Shown: positions 1-9,125 of the stretch, piece by piece | How the letters are laid out: every line of letters starts with the position of its first letter | Numbering within the stretch: position 1 is the stretch's first letter | Source of the DNA: Candidatus Bathyarchaeota archaeon | GTDB lineage: Archaea > Thermoproteota > Bathyarchaeia > Bathyarchaeales > Bathycorpusculaceae | Direction of reading: 5' to 3' | Assembly (NCBI GenBank): GCA_963782525.1 | Contig: CAWAKC010000011.1 | Span: 99,963-163,962 of the forward strand | DNA length: 64,000 nt | The notes under the pieces: generated by a model | Database searches by the model: none | What the model saw: the letters and a program-made list of their open reading frames with translations, nothing else | Told to the model about the DNA's origin: nothing | Position numbers and translations under genes: made by a program

Positions 1-840
1 ATAATTGTTGATGAATCCAAATGTAAAGGCTGTGATTGGTGCATAGATGCCTGCAAGTATGGCGCAATAACTCTGCATCCCAGTAGCCACAAAGCCATCG
101 TTTGCGACACCTGCGGTGGTGACCCCAAATGCATCCCAGCGTGTCCTGAAAGCGCACTGAGTTTAACTGGAAATTCCAAAGACAAAATTGTTACAGGAGA
201 CATTGGCTGCTATACACTAGGTGTATTGCCCCCAGTGAATGCAGTTCAAAGTTGCCTCTGTATGGGAGCGGGAATTTCTCAGGCGGCAGGAATGATTCAT
301 GCTGGAGTAAAAGAGAAAGTGTTCGCAGTTATCGGCGACTCAACATTTTTCCATGCAGGCATGCCTGGACTGCTAAACATTGTTTACAACAAGGCAAATG
401 TCTGCGTAATCATAATGGACAACAGCGTAGTTGCCATGACAGGTCACCAGCCGACGCCTGGTTCAGGAAAAACCGCAATGGGAACCGACGCTAAAATCAT
501 AAAAATCCAAGACATCGCCAAAGGAGTTGGCATAGAAAAAGTCGACGTAATTGACCCGTACGACTTGAAGGCTGCAATCGCCAAAATCAAAGAAGCACTA
601 GATTATCAGGGACCATCAGTCATCATCTCCCAGCGCCCTTGTCCATTGTTGATTGAACGCGGTAAACCGCGCGAAATCAAAGAGGAATGCAACGCCTGCG
701 GAGTATGCGTGAAAGCCTTTGGATGTCCAGCCATAAGCTTAACAAGCGAACATGCCCAAATCGACGCCACGCTTTGTTATGGTTGTGGAGTTTGCGAAAC
801 CGTATGCCCCTTCGATGCTGTCGGGAGGAAAGAGAAATGA
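1..840 (+). CDS. iorA: Indolepyruvate:ferredoxin oxidoreductase alpha subunit (5'-truncated by window), with an extra ferredoxin module before the TPP domain
   Basis: Frame 1 is open from base 1: ...CKGCDWCIDACKYG...CDTCGGDPKCIPACPE...VTGDIGCYTLGVLPP...CMG...IGDSTFFHAG...MTGHQPTP, then C-terminal CxxCxxC..CP / CxxCxxCxxxCP motifs. Confidence 0.92.
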   Translation: MIVDESKCKGCDWCIDACKYGAITLHPSSHKAIVCDTCGGDPKCIPACPESALSLTGNSKDKIVTGDIGCYTLGVLPPVNAVQSCLCMGAGISQAAGMIHAGVKEKVFAVIGDSTFFHAGMPGLLNIVYNKANVCVIIMDNSVVAMTGHQPTPGSGKTAMGTDAKIIKIQDIAKGVGIEKVDVIDPYDLKAAIAKIKEALDYQGPSVIISQRPCPLLIERGKPREIKEECNACGVCVKAFGCPAISLTSEHAQIDATLCYGCGVCETVCPFDAVGRKEK

Positions 841-1424
841 ACCTCGATATAGTGTTCAGCGGCGTCGGTGGTCAAGGAGTCGTTGTTTTAAGCGACATTT
901 ATTGTGAAGCGGCGATGCTCGATGGGTTTGATGTTGCAAAAGCTGAAATTCATGGCATGGCCCAACGCGGAGGTTCCATTGTGGCTTTCACGAGAATCGG
1001 CTCTAAGGTAGAGTCACCATTGATTGAGACGGGAAAAGCAGATGTGCTGGTTGGGTTTGAAATCTTGGAGACGGCTCGGGCTCTGCCGATCCTCAAAAAG
1101 AACGGCTCGGTAATCGTTAACATGAAGTATATTCCGCCTAACTGTTTAGCTTCAGGCGCTAAACCCAAGAAAATCGAGGAATTGATGGCGTTGCTGCGGG
1201 CTAAAGCTTTGGTTCATGAAATAGACGGCGCAGGCATAGCAGAAAAACTTGGGAATATGCTGGTTGTTAATACAGTTCTTTTGGGCGCTTTGTCGGCTCT
1301 TCCAGAAATACCAGTTAAAGTTGAGTCTTTCCACCAAGCCATTGCAGGTAGACTTAAAGAAAAATACATCAACCTCAACATTAAAGCCTTCCAGCTAGGA
1401 AGGGATTCCGTGTTAAAGAGTTAA
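837..1424 (+). CDS. iorB: Indolepyruvate:ferredoxin oxidoreductase beta subunit
   Basis: GVGGQGVV and EIHGMAQRGGS motifs; ATG overlaps the iorA stop (ATGA). Confidence 0.93.
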   Translation: MNLDIVFSGVGGQGVVVLSDIYCEAAMLDGFDVAKAEIHGMAQRGGSIVAFTRIGSKVESPLIETGKADVLVGFEILETARALPILKKNGSVIVNMKYIPPNCLASGAKPKKIEELMALLRAKALVHEIDGAGIAEKLGNMLVVNTVLLGALSALPEIPVKVESFHQAIAGRLKEKYINLNIKAFQLGRDSVLKS

Positions 1425-1475
1425 TTTTATATGCGTTTTCTCATGATATAGCAAAGAAAACCTGAGGAAAGGAAA

Positions 1476-2843
1476 ATGCAAAAGAAAATACTAGCTATTT
1501 TAGTAATTGTTATCGTTGCAATTGCAGCTGTAGCAGCTATTGAATTATCATCTAAACCAGCTCCGTCAGCTGAAGCTCGAAACATAAAGATCGGCTTAGT
1601 TGCACCAATGAGCACATCCATTGGACAAGACATGTATAACGCAGCCACTTTGGCAGTTAACGAAATCAATAACGCAGGCGGAATCTACGTTTCCGATTGG
1701 AACACTAAAGTTAACATTACATTAGTAACCGCTAACACAATCGACGACGCTCCTGGTAATGCTAAAACACCTGTAGTTCAAGCAGTTGAATCAGACAAAG
1801 TTGACATGTTAATCGGTGGATATGGCAGTGCAGGAACTCTCGCTAACGAAGTCGTAGCGATCCAAGACAAAGTTCCCTACATAATCACAGGCGCTTCAAA
1901 TCAACTCGTCACCCGAAGAGGGCCCCAAGGGGACTACGGAGGCTTTGGTCCAAATGGAGCAAACAGCATTAGTGATGCTGAAGGAATGAGTTACATTTTC
2001 CATTACTGCACTACAACTTACGACTATAGCAAAACAGTCGTTGATTTCTTCGCAACTGTGATGAAACCGATGGTTGCACCAGATCGAAACTTCAGCTTAG
2101 CAATAATCTACCGAAATGACGCCTTTGGACAAGGAGTAGACCAAGCAACAAAGTACTGGATACAGAACGAAAGCCTACCTATCACTTTAACTGAAAGAAG
2201 CTATGACCCAGCCACAACCAATTACCAAACAGACCTATCGGTAATCAAACAAGCAAACCCAGATGCAGTGTTTGTCGTGGATAACCCTGACAAGACACCC
2301 AACATAATCAAACAAGGATGGAACGACGTAGGCCTAAAATCTGTTTACATAGCAGTTGAAAACAACCAAGACCCTACTTTCTATTCAATACTTGGAAGCA
2401 CAGGTGATGGACAGCTCTTAGAATCAAAGATGGATCCATTCATGACGCCGTCTTATTCGTCAGCGGTTCAAACTTACACCCAGAATTATATCGCGGCCTA
2501 TCCGCATTTAATGCCGGGCATGATGGGCGCTGATACATATGATGCCTTCTACATCGCAAAAGATGCAATCCAAAGTGCAGGAACCATCGACAAAGTAGCA
2601 GTTCGGCAGGCAATTGAGAACACTGACATCAACCAAATGCTAATCCAGACAAAGACGGGCAAAGTGCAATTTAGTACAGGTGTAAACTACCACGAAATTG
2701 ATCCAGTAACTTTCATTGAACAACTTAAGTATGATGCGTCATCTCTCCACTTGACAGCGCAAATCGTTTGGTCACCGCCAGGCGCAACGAACCTAAAGCA
2801 AGCAGACTTTACACTGCCAACAGGATATAAACCTGGACAATAA
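1476..2843 (+). CDS. Branched-chain amino acid-type ABC transporter substrate-binding protein (LivJ/K family), N-terminal membrane anchor
   Basis: Hydrophobic N-terminus, IKIGLVAPMS, NDAFGQG and YDAFY motifs; followed by LivH/LivM permeases. Confidence 0.88.
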   Translation: MQKKILAILVIVIVAIAAVAAIELSSKPAPSAEARNIKIGLVAPMSTSIGQDMYNAATLAVNEINNAGGIYVSDWNTKVNITLVTANTIDDAPGNAKTPVVQAVESDKVDMLIGGYGSAGTLANEVVAIQDKVPYIITGASNQLVTRRGPQGDYGGFGPNGANSISDAEGMSYIFHYCTTTYDYSKTVVDFFATVMKPMVAPDRNFSLAIIYRNDAFGQGVDQATKYWIQNESLPITLTERSYDPATTNYQTDLSVIKQANPDAVFVVDNPDKTPNIIKQGWNDVGLKSVYIAVENNQDPTFYSILGSTGDGQLLESKMDPFMTPSYSSAVQTYTQNYIAAYPHLMPGMMGADTYDAFYIAKDAIQSAGTIDKVAVRQAIENTDINQMLIQTKTGKVQFSTGVNYHEIDPVTFIEQLKYDASSLHLTAQIVWSPPGATNLKQADFTLPTGYKPGQ

Positions 2844-2949
2844 GAGACTTTTTTCAAAACCCCTTCTTTTCTTTTGTTTCTCGTATGTTTTAAATAGTTA
2901 ACATGATAAATTATTTCAACCGCTTGATGGTGAGAGAGGAGAATTTACA

Positions 2950-3828
2950 ATGGATATAACGGCACCTACAATTATACTAACATTAGTCTGGGGTGTCGCC
3001 ATTGGATGCATCTACATTTTGCTGGCAACTGGGTTAAACATAATCTTTGGAGTAATGAAGCTAGTAAACTTTGCCCATGGACAATTACTTATGATAGGGG
3101 CTTTCTTAACTTGGACCCTCTCAGTTTCAGCGGGATTAAACGCGTACGTTGCGATTCTAATTTCGATGGTGGTTGTTGCTGCTTTGGGGGTTGTTGTGGA
3201 AAGGCTTACTTTTCGTAGAGTCTTGGGCACTGATAAGCTCAATGAGATTTTTGTTAGTCTTGGTTTGATTTACATCTTTGAGAATGCTGCAATGCTTATT
3301 TGGGGCGCGGGCTCAAAGCAGATTGTAAGTCCTTTGTATGGCTTGAGTTTGGCGTTGCCAAGCATATCTATAACTTTTGATCGTATAGTCGCGGTATTCG
3401 TTGTAGTTGCGGCATTGATAGCTTTTGGCTTGCTTATACAGAAAACAAAGCTCGGTTTGGCCATGCGGGCAACTAGCCAAAGAAACACCACCGCCAAGCT
3501 CATGGGCATAAACATCGAAAAAATTTACATGTTCACCTTTGCAATTGGCGCAGCCCTAGCAGCTCTCGCCGGGGGACTCTATGGCATAATCTTTTCCTTT
3601 GACTACCAAGTTGGAGCGATGCCAACAATCATAGCTTTCGCCATCATAATCCTTGGCGGCTTAGGAAGCATCAAAGGCGCCATCATAGGTGGACTACTAT
3701 ACGGCATAGTTGAACAGTTGGCAACATTGTTCCTGGGCGGAATCTGGGGAAGTGCGGTCGCCTTCGCAATGCTAATCGTTGTTCTGATAGTCAGGCCTAA
3801 CGGAATATTCGGTGAAAAAGGAGAATAA
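2950..3828 (+). CDS. livH: Branched-chain amino acid ABC transporter permease
   Basis: GLNIIFGVMKLVNFAHG, TKLGLAMRA and GGLGSI motifs. Confidence 0.92.
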   Translation: MDITAPTIILTLVWGVAIGCIYILLATGLNIIFGVMKLVNFAHGQLLMIGAFLTWTLSVSAGLNAYVAILISMVVVAALGVVVERLTFRRVLGTDKLNEIFVSLGLIYIFENAAMLIWGAGSKQIVSPLYGLSLALPSISITFDRIVAVFVVVAALIAFGLLIQKTKLGLAMRATSQRNTTAKLMGINIEKIYMFTFAIGAALAALAGGLYGIIFSFDYQVGAMPTIIAFAIIILGGLGSIKGAIIGGLLYGIVEQLATLFLGGIWGSAVAFAMLIVVLIVRPNGIFGEKGE

Positions 3829-3829
3829 A

Positions 3830-4924
3830 ATGCAGATAAAACAACCCCTCACCGAATTTCTTCACTCAAAAGGCTTCCTAATCTTACTGGTCTTTTTCGC
3901 AATCTCAGCTGTGCTGCCAATAGTTATACCTGATAGTTTCTTTCTCTACATTCTAACTCTCATCTTTGTTTTCGCGATTTACGCGGCAAGCTGGAATTTT
4001 CTTGCTAATTCCGGTCAAGGCTCACTTGGACATGCAGTCTTCTTGGGTATCGGTGGATTCTCATCAGCAATCCTCGGGGGCAGAATTTCCATAGCGTTGA
4101 TTGGGGTTTTGGGTGTAACTCAGATGCCGATTGGTGTCTTGTCGGTTTTTGTGCAGATTGTTGTGTTGCTCGTCGGTGGTTTGGTTTCTGCTGGAATTGG
4201 CTTGTTGATAGGTTTGGCTTGTGTTCGTTTGAAGGCTTGGTATTTGGCTATGGTGACGTTTGGTTTTTCAGTAATCGCTAGCACTCTCTCAAGCCAGTTT
4301 GATTCCTTCACCAACGGCATAAATGGTTTTTCTCCGGTTAGGCTTGTGCAGGGCGGATATCCGTTCTATTTTTTGGTGATCTCCTTTGCTGCAGCTTCAA
4401 TCGCTACGATGTATCTGATCATGAGGTCACGGATGGGATTAGCATTTCGGGCTATCCATGGAAACGAAGCAGAAGCTAGAATGATTGGAATTAACACAGC
4501 AAAGTATAAGCTAATAGCGTTTGTCATAAGCACCTTTTTCGCTGGCATAGCAGGCGGATTGTACTCGTATTTCTTAACTTTCATTGATAACTCCATCTTT
4601 TCCCCTGCCAACTCTTTCTTGCCACTTATTATGACTGTAATTGGAGGATTGGGAACCGTTGTTGGACCAATCATCGGCGCCATCTTCCTAGTTTCGATTC
4701 AGCAAATTTTAGCGCTTCCAGGAGTCGTTGACTCCCTAAGAACATCTCTTGGATCATACTTCCCAGGAGTAAGCAACGTTGGACCTCCCCTAAGCTACCT
4801 AATAATCGGAGTAATCCTGCTTGTGATTGTTATTTTCGCTCCAAAAGGGCTGATATCGCTTTTCCGAAAATTCTACAATTACCTCGTCAGCGAAGAAAAA
4901 CCAAAAGGAACAAAAAAACAATGA
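3830..4924 (+). CDS. livM: Branched-chain amino acid ABC transporter permease
   Basis: GQGSLGHAVFLGIG, SRMGLAFRAI, GGLGTVVGP and PKGL motifs. Confidence 0.9.
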   Translation: MQIKQPLTEFLHSKGFLILLVFFAISAVLPIVIPDSFFLYILTLIFVFAIYAASWNFLANSGQGSLGHAVFLGIGGFSSAILGGRISIALIGVLGVTQMPIGVLSVFVQIVVLLVGGLVSAGIGLLIGLACVRLKAWYLAMVTFGFSVIASTLSSQFDSFTNGINGFSPVRLVQGGYPFYFLVISFAAASIATMYLIMRSRMGLAFRAIHGNEAEARMIGINTAKYKLIAFVISTFFAGIAGGLYSYFLTFIDNSIFSPANSFLPLIMTVIGGLGTVVGPIIGAIFLVSIQQILALPGVVDSLRTSLGSYFPGVSNVGPPLSYLIIGVILLVIVIFAPKGLISLFRKFYNYLVSEEKPKGTKKQ

Positions 4925-5283
4925 AAGGCACAGACTACTTCGCAGAAGCTTTAGGCATAAAAGTTCTGGAAGCAAAAGACGGCTACGCAAAAGTAACCAT
5001 GAAAGTCGAAAAAATCCACACAAACGCCCTGGGTTTCACGCATGGCGGCGCAGTCTTCTCGCTGGCAGATTATGCTTTTGCTCACGCTTGCAATTGCGGC
5101 GAAAATGTGGCGGTGGCCGTTCAGGTTAGCATAAATTTCCTCAAACCCACAGTCGAGGGTGACCTTTTGACAGCTGAAGCAACCCGGGTTTCGGAAGGCA
5201 AAACAACGGGGTTATACCAGGTTACTGTTCGCAAAGAAGACAAGATCGTTGCGTTATTCACTGGGTTAGCCTTCAAAAAATAA
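4921..5283 (+). CDS. paaI: PaaI-family hotdog-fold thioesterase
   Basis: HTNALGFTHGGAVFSLAD motif; context with iorAB. Confidence 0.88.
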   Translation: MKGTDYFAEALGIKVLEAKDGYAKVTMKVEKIHTNALGFTHGGAVFSLADYAFAHACNCGENVAVAVQVSINFLKPTVEGDLLTAEATRVSEGKTTGLYQVTVRKEDKIVALFTGLAFKK

Positions 5284-5372
5284 CCTTGCCAACCAATCGC
5301 TATATAGACATTGTAGAAGAATAAACCAAGCCAACAATATTTTTATTGTAGACTTCGACCTAGGTTTATGAT

Positions 5373-5445
5373 GCTGGGGTGGCCGAACGGTTCAGGCGGT
5401 AGCCTGCAGAGCTGCTCTATATGGGTTCAACTCCCATCCCCAGCT
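5373..5445 (+). tRNA. tRNA-Cys(GCA)
   Basis: GCTGGGG/CCCCAGC acceptor stem, GTAGC-CTGCAGA-GCTGC anticodon arm, ATGGG-TTCAACT-CCCAT T arm, U discriminator; no encoded CCA, no intron. Confidence 0.96.
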
Positions 5446-5477
5446 CTTTAGCATACATCCCCAGTTTTTGACAAATC

Positions 5478-5660
5478 TTACTTGCGTTTTCTGAAAAGCT
5501 TGACATTGCTCATTTCGCAGACGTATTCGTAGCCAGCTTCGATCAGTTGAGTTGCTTCTTTGACGTTTTCTGCGGCTTTACAATGGTATTCATCGTCTTC
5601 GAAGGTTACCAGTTGGGCGTAGATTAAGGTGTTTTTGATGTTTTTGTGTCCTAATAGCGG
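5478..5660 (-). pseudogene. C-terminal remnant of a tyrosine recombinase/integrase
   Basis: Manual translation PLLGHKNIKNTLIYAQLVTFEDDEYHCKAAENVKEATQLIEAGYEYVCEMSNVKLFRKRK*: LGHxxxxxTxxY box II with catalytic His/Tyr; N-terminal part absent. Confidence 0.85.
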
Positions 5661-5716
5661 AGTTATATGTTAAATGTTCCAGTTTCAGATAAAAAAACAG
5701 GTTAAGTGTTAGGATA

Positions 5717-5917
5717 TTGGATAAAATCGTGTGTCCGCAGTGTAAAGCTCAAATTCTTCTCATTCCAGACCTAAAGAAAATGGCTGCAGTTATCGCTGAT
5801 CATGTTGAAATCCATACTAATAAATTGAAGTCCAAAAAAATGCCGGAATCCGAAATTGCAAGACAGAAAAAAGAATTAGAACACACTTTGATTAAAGAAA
5901 TAATAGACGCAATCTAG
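5717..5917 (+). CDS. Small hypothetical protein with CxxC...HxxxH (possible C2H2-like Zn finger)
   Basis: CPQC...HVEIH pattern; TTG start. Confidence 0.6.
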   Translation: MDKIVCPQCKAQILLIPDLKKMAAVIADHVEIHTNKLKSKKMPESEIARQKKELEHTLIKEIIDAI

Positions 5918-6208
5918 AGAAATATGCATCATTTCCCTAAACGCTGCTTGTACTCGGTGATCCTTCTTTCGCCGCTTAAAACCTGAAGACTCGCTGGTAG
6001 AAATGGAGATGAATAAACAAAAGACAGGAATGAGCTTCCTCGGCATTGTTTTTGATAACCGTAAGAAAGTCATAAACCGATAGATCCATTCTGCTCTATG
6101 CGTAGAGCAAACTGCCCGCCACCCCCCGTGCGAATATGTACTTTTCAGCTATGAGCTAAAAAGGGAAGGGAATAGTACCTCAGTAATGCACAAGCGACAT
6201 ACTATTAT

Positions 6209-6631
6209 TTGGTGAGAAAGTATACAATAAAGAGATCGGAAGAGGCGTTTGTCTTGGAAGTAGAAAACGTGTTCAAAATAGCAGTGACCTATCCCAGAGT
6301 TCGCGAGTTTCTGACAAGCAAGAGTTGGGAATTCCAAGGAAAGGATGAGGAAATGGAGATGGACTCGTTCAGAAACAAGAAGACCGGGAAGAAGGTGTTG
6401 GAGGACATTTCGGAGGACTTTCCAGTGACCTTTCTTATGGGCGAGCTTAGCGTGCCGGAGTTCAGATTCATCGCTAGTGAATTGACGCCGGAAATCCAGT
6501 TACTGGAAGTTGACAGTAGTTGGGAAGGTAAACCGACGACCATCGTGGTGGCGATGACAGAAGAGCAAGTTAGGGACATGTTCGGCAGAAGAACGAAGAT
6601 GAGAAAGCTTGCGGTTCACCGCGGACGCTAA
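6209..6631 (+). CDS. Hypothetical protein
   Basis: 140-aa ORF with protein-like composition; start uncertain. Confidence 0.55.
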   Translation: MVRKYTIKRSEEAFVLEVENVFKIAVTYPRVREFLTSKSWEFQGKDEEMEMDSFRNKKTGKKVLEDISEDFPVTFLMGELSVPEFRFIASELTPEIQLLEVDSSWEGKPTTIVVAMTEEQVRDMFGRRTKMRKLAVHRGR

Positions 6632-6665
6632 GTGATCCATTTTGTAAACCGCTGTGCTGCTATAG

Positions 6666-6732
6666 AAAAAAGGGGGGTGCGCGGGAGACATCTCCATTAG
6701 AGTGTGGATTCAAAGTCCCACCTCTAGCACCA
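6666..6732 (+). repeat. tRNA-mimic element A1
   Basis: A-tract, GGTGC...GCACC closing stem, GGAGA-CA-TCTCC palindrome, TAGAG.GTGG-ATTCAAAGT-CC.CAC.CTCTA hairpin, ends in ACCA. Shares the 17-mer CGCGGGAGACATCTCCA with A2. Confidence 0.75.
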
Positions 6733-6837
6733 TTATAGACAAATCTAAGGGAGTTCGTACACGAGATACTACGCTAGCCTTGTTAAAGAAGAAACTTTAC
6801 ATTTTAGTGCGTCTTATTCTATTTGAGGAGAAATACA

Positions 6838-7065
6838 ATGGTTGTTCCTTTCTATATGCTTATTCGAACTAAGAAAGGACAGGCTTTTCTTACCGTTCAA
6901 GAAGCACAAAAAATCGAAGGCGTTAAAGTTGTGCATTCCGTTATGGGGTCATACGACGTCATACTCTATGCTGAAGCAAGCGACCTTGCTGACCTAAGGC
7001 GCATCCGCGAAGCTATAACCCAAATCAGTGCTATAATTCGAACCGAAGTAGCAGTCCACACATAA
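6838..7065 (+). CDS. Lrp/AsnC ligand-binding (RAM) domain protein
   Basis: IEGVKVVHSVMGSYDVILYAEA motif; no HTH. Confidence 0.85.
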   Translation: MVVPFYMLIRTKKGQAFLTVQEAQKIEGVKVVHSVMGSYDVILYAEASDLADLRRIREAITQISAIIRTEVAVHT

Positions 7066-7159
7066 TTATATCAAAGACAATGGGTACCGATTAATTTCTC
7101 ACGTCCTTTCACGACAAAAATGAGCATAGGCTATGCATCGGCAAAACATCATTCATTTT

Positions 7160-7224
7160 AAAAAAGAGTGGGTTTCGCGGGAGACATCTCCACTTGTCCT
7201 AAGGTTCAAATCAACCTGACCCTC
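7160..7224 (+). repeat. tRNA-mimic element A2
   Basis: A-tract, GGGTT...GACCC closing stem, GGAGACATCTCC, AGGTT-CAAATC-AACCT hairpin containing GGTTCAAATC. Confidence 0.75.
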
Positions 7225-7297
7225 AACAGGCAAGTTAGCTTTAAGCAACGGCTTGTACCCATTTGGGTTCAAGTATGGCTCGGCTTGCTTCTGTATG

Positions 7298-7414
7298 CTC
7301 AATTTTATAAGCCAGTTTTGCAACTGGGGGATCGGTAATACCTATGCAAACCACTCCCTTGAAGTCTAAGCGGGGTAGGGAATCGTACTTCAACTCAAAA
7401 GCCCATCCCCAGCT
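7298..7414 (+). repeat. 117-bp direct repeat B1 ending in the tRNA-Cys 3' end
   Basis: Matches 12390-12505 with 3 substitutions and a 1-nt indel; ends TTCAACT-CAAAAG-CCCATCCCCAGCT. Confidence 0.95.
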
Positions 7415-7602
7415 GTTTGTCCGAACCCTATGCTTTCGCGGGATTATTTCCGTTTTCTGAACCGTTTTTTGGCTACCGCCCTCTGGTCAGGTCACTGGCT
7501 TTATCACGTACTAATTCTTCAAAATTCAAGTTCGTCGATAATGACTTATTTTAAATAACTCTTAATTAGTTGCTGTTCTAATATGATGTTGAGGTTTTTA
7601 GT

Positions 7603-8034
7603 TTGTCAAATGACGATATACCACTCCATTTTGAAGGCCATGATGATGTAGTATCTGAGAAAGTAATCCATTTTGAAGGAAAGAATAAGGATTTAAATCA
7701 ATTATCACAACAAATCATTCAGAAACTATCCTCCGAAGGCTACAAAACACAGTCAACCAATAATCCTATGGGCATAATCATACAAGCGCAGAAAGCTGGA
7801 GTTTTACGGGGCATCATCGACGCGAATAGAGCGTTCACCATCCTAATATCGGGCCAGCCCAACAATTTCGCAATCCACATAGGCATAGGCAAATTCATCC
7901 AGAACATAGCAGTGGCGTCGGTCGAATCCATTTTAACGGTCGGCTTATTTCTCATCGTTGACGTACCCGAAATGCTGTGGACCCTTGAAGTAGAAAAAGG
8001 AATCATCAAAGACATGACTCAGATCGTAGGTTAA
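7603..8034 (+). CDS. Conserved-looking hypothetical protein
   Basis: 143-aa ORF with GAGG Shine-Dalgarno-like site and TTG start. Confidence 0.7.
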   Translation: MSNDDIPLHFEGHDDVVSEKVIHFEGKNKDLNQLSQQIIQKLSSEGYKTQSTNNPMGIIIQAQKAGVLRGIIDANRAFTILISGQPNNFAIHIGIGKFIQNIAVASVESILTVGLFLIVDVPEMLWTLEVEKGIIKDMTQIVG

Positions 8035-8140
8035 ACCGCAAAAAGCTGTTACTCGGTTTTCTATCACCAAATTACCCAATTCGAGCCAAATGGCTATATC
8101 AGAGATGCGCTGCGATTTTTGTTCCAGCTATAACCTGAAG

Positions 8141-8204
8141 AAAAAAAATGGGTTTGCGAGTGAAATCTCTTTTAGGGCATAGGTTCAAATCCTCATGAAA
8201 ACCT
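8141..8204 (+). repeat. tRNA-mimic element A3
   Basis: A-tract, GGTTT...AAACC closing stem, AGTGA-AA-TCTCT, CAT.AGG-TTCAAAT-CCT.C.ATG T-loop hairpin. Confidence 0.65.
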
Positions 8205-8567
8205 GTAGCCGAAGTCACGGCAAAGAGCACATTGAATTTTGCCCTTGCGGGTTTCACTTAAGCCGTTCTACTACAGCAACCTCGGCTACAACATGCCAAC
8301 CTCTGATACAGACCCTCTGTATGTCGGCTTTGACTACTTACTTCTCTAACTAATTTGAGATTGATGTATGGCATATCTCATTCCTAAATGAAAAGATACT
8401 CCAAAACCCAAAAAAATAATTAAAGAAAAAATAATGTGTTAAAACTTCTTATTTGCTTTATTTTGAGTTTAAGGCAAAACTGGTTTTAGCGGTCAAAAGA
8501 CAAATCTGAAAATACAAAAACTGCCTTTATATTTTTATTAAGCTAATAGTATCTGCCATATGTTTAG

Positions 8568-8910
8568 GTCAACGAAAAGAACTTTGGCTTTCTTGACAAC
8601 AACGGAAACCCAAAAGACGCATTTAACACATTTGCGAATGTGACTTCTCCAAATTCTGTTACATCAAATTCATCCCAAACCCCTACCCCCTTCAACCAAT
8701 CCAGCAACTTCTTCACCTACACTAGCCGCGACCCCAACTGCTACCCCAAACCCTTCGCAACCCCCCTCTCCAACTTCAAATCCTACACCAACACCCATCG
8801 TTCCAGAGATATCATCGATAGTAATTTTACCATTGTTTGCAACTATGCTCTTCATTGCAATAAAACTCAAGCATCAAAAGACCACGACATTGAGCAAATC
8901 GATTTCTTGA
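8568..8910 (+). pseudogene. C-terminal fragment of a secreted glycoside-hydrolase-like surface protein with Pro/Thr linker and VPE/PEF-CTERM-like anchor (frameshifted)
   Basis: VNEKNFGFLDNNGNPKDAFNTF (resembles a GH TIM-barrel end), then a frame change near 8690 to PTATPNPSQPPSPTSNPTPTPIVPEISSIVILPLFATMLFIAIKLKHQK*. Confidence 0.6.
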
Positions 8911-8960
8911 AAACTAAACCAGAAACATAACAAATACCTTGTGAAAACTCACTTTATACA

Positions 8961-9017
8961 ATAAAGGATGGATCTCGGTGATATCTCCGCTCAGGCGGGG
9001 TTCAATTCCGATCCCCA
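8961..9017 (+). repeat. tRNA-mimic element A4
   Basis: GGATC...GATCC closing stem, GGTGA-TA-TCTCC, GG-TTCAATT-CC T-loop. Confidence 0.6.
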
Positions 9018-9074
9018 ATACAAAAACTGACATGGATGTAAGGGTTCGGTTCTATAGTAGGCTCATTTTTTGAC

Positions 9075-9114
9075 TGTTGAAATGGTGTGGTTCAAATCCC
9101 ATCCCGTTTCAACA
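9075..9114. repeat. Long hairpin with T-loop tip (tRNA minihelix mimic A5; possible bidirectional terminator)
   Basis: TGTTGAAATGG.TGTGG-TTCAAAT-CCCATCCCGTTTCAACA, flanked by T tracts; resembles the tRNA-Cys 3' arm. Confidence 0.65.
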
Positions 9115-9125
9115 CTTTTTGGTTA

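Noticed and set aside
7324-7414. B repeat as tRNA-Sec or a twister ribozyme (contains CTTCAA and GTCTAAGC)
   Set aside because: CTTCAA sits in a stem rather than an anticodon loop and there is no cloverleaf; I could not fit the twister P1/P2/P4 and pseudoknot pattern by eye.
6666-9017. Classical integron attC sites or a CRISPR array
   Set aside because: No RYYYAAC/GTTRRRY ends are visible, spacing is 500-1000 bp with genes between, the repeats are too divergent, and there are no cas genes. Too little of the integrase remains to test for the IntI-specific insertion.
6666-9114. Elements A1-A5 as real, split or permuted tRNA genes
   Set aside because: None has a D arm plus a 7-nt anticodon loop, I see no bulge-helix-bulge motif or complementary leader pairs, and the T arms are irregular.
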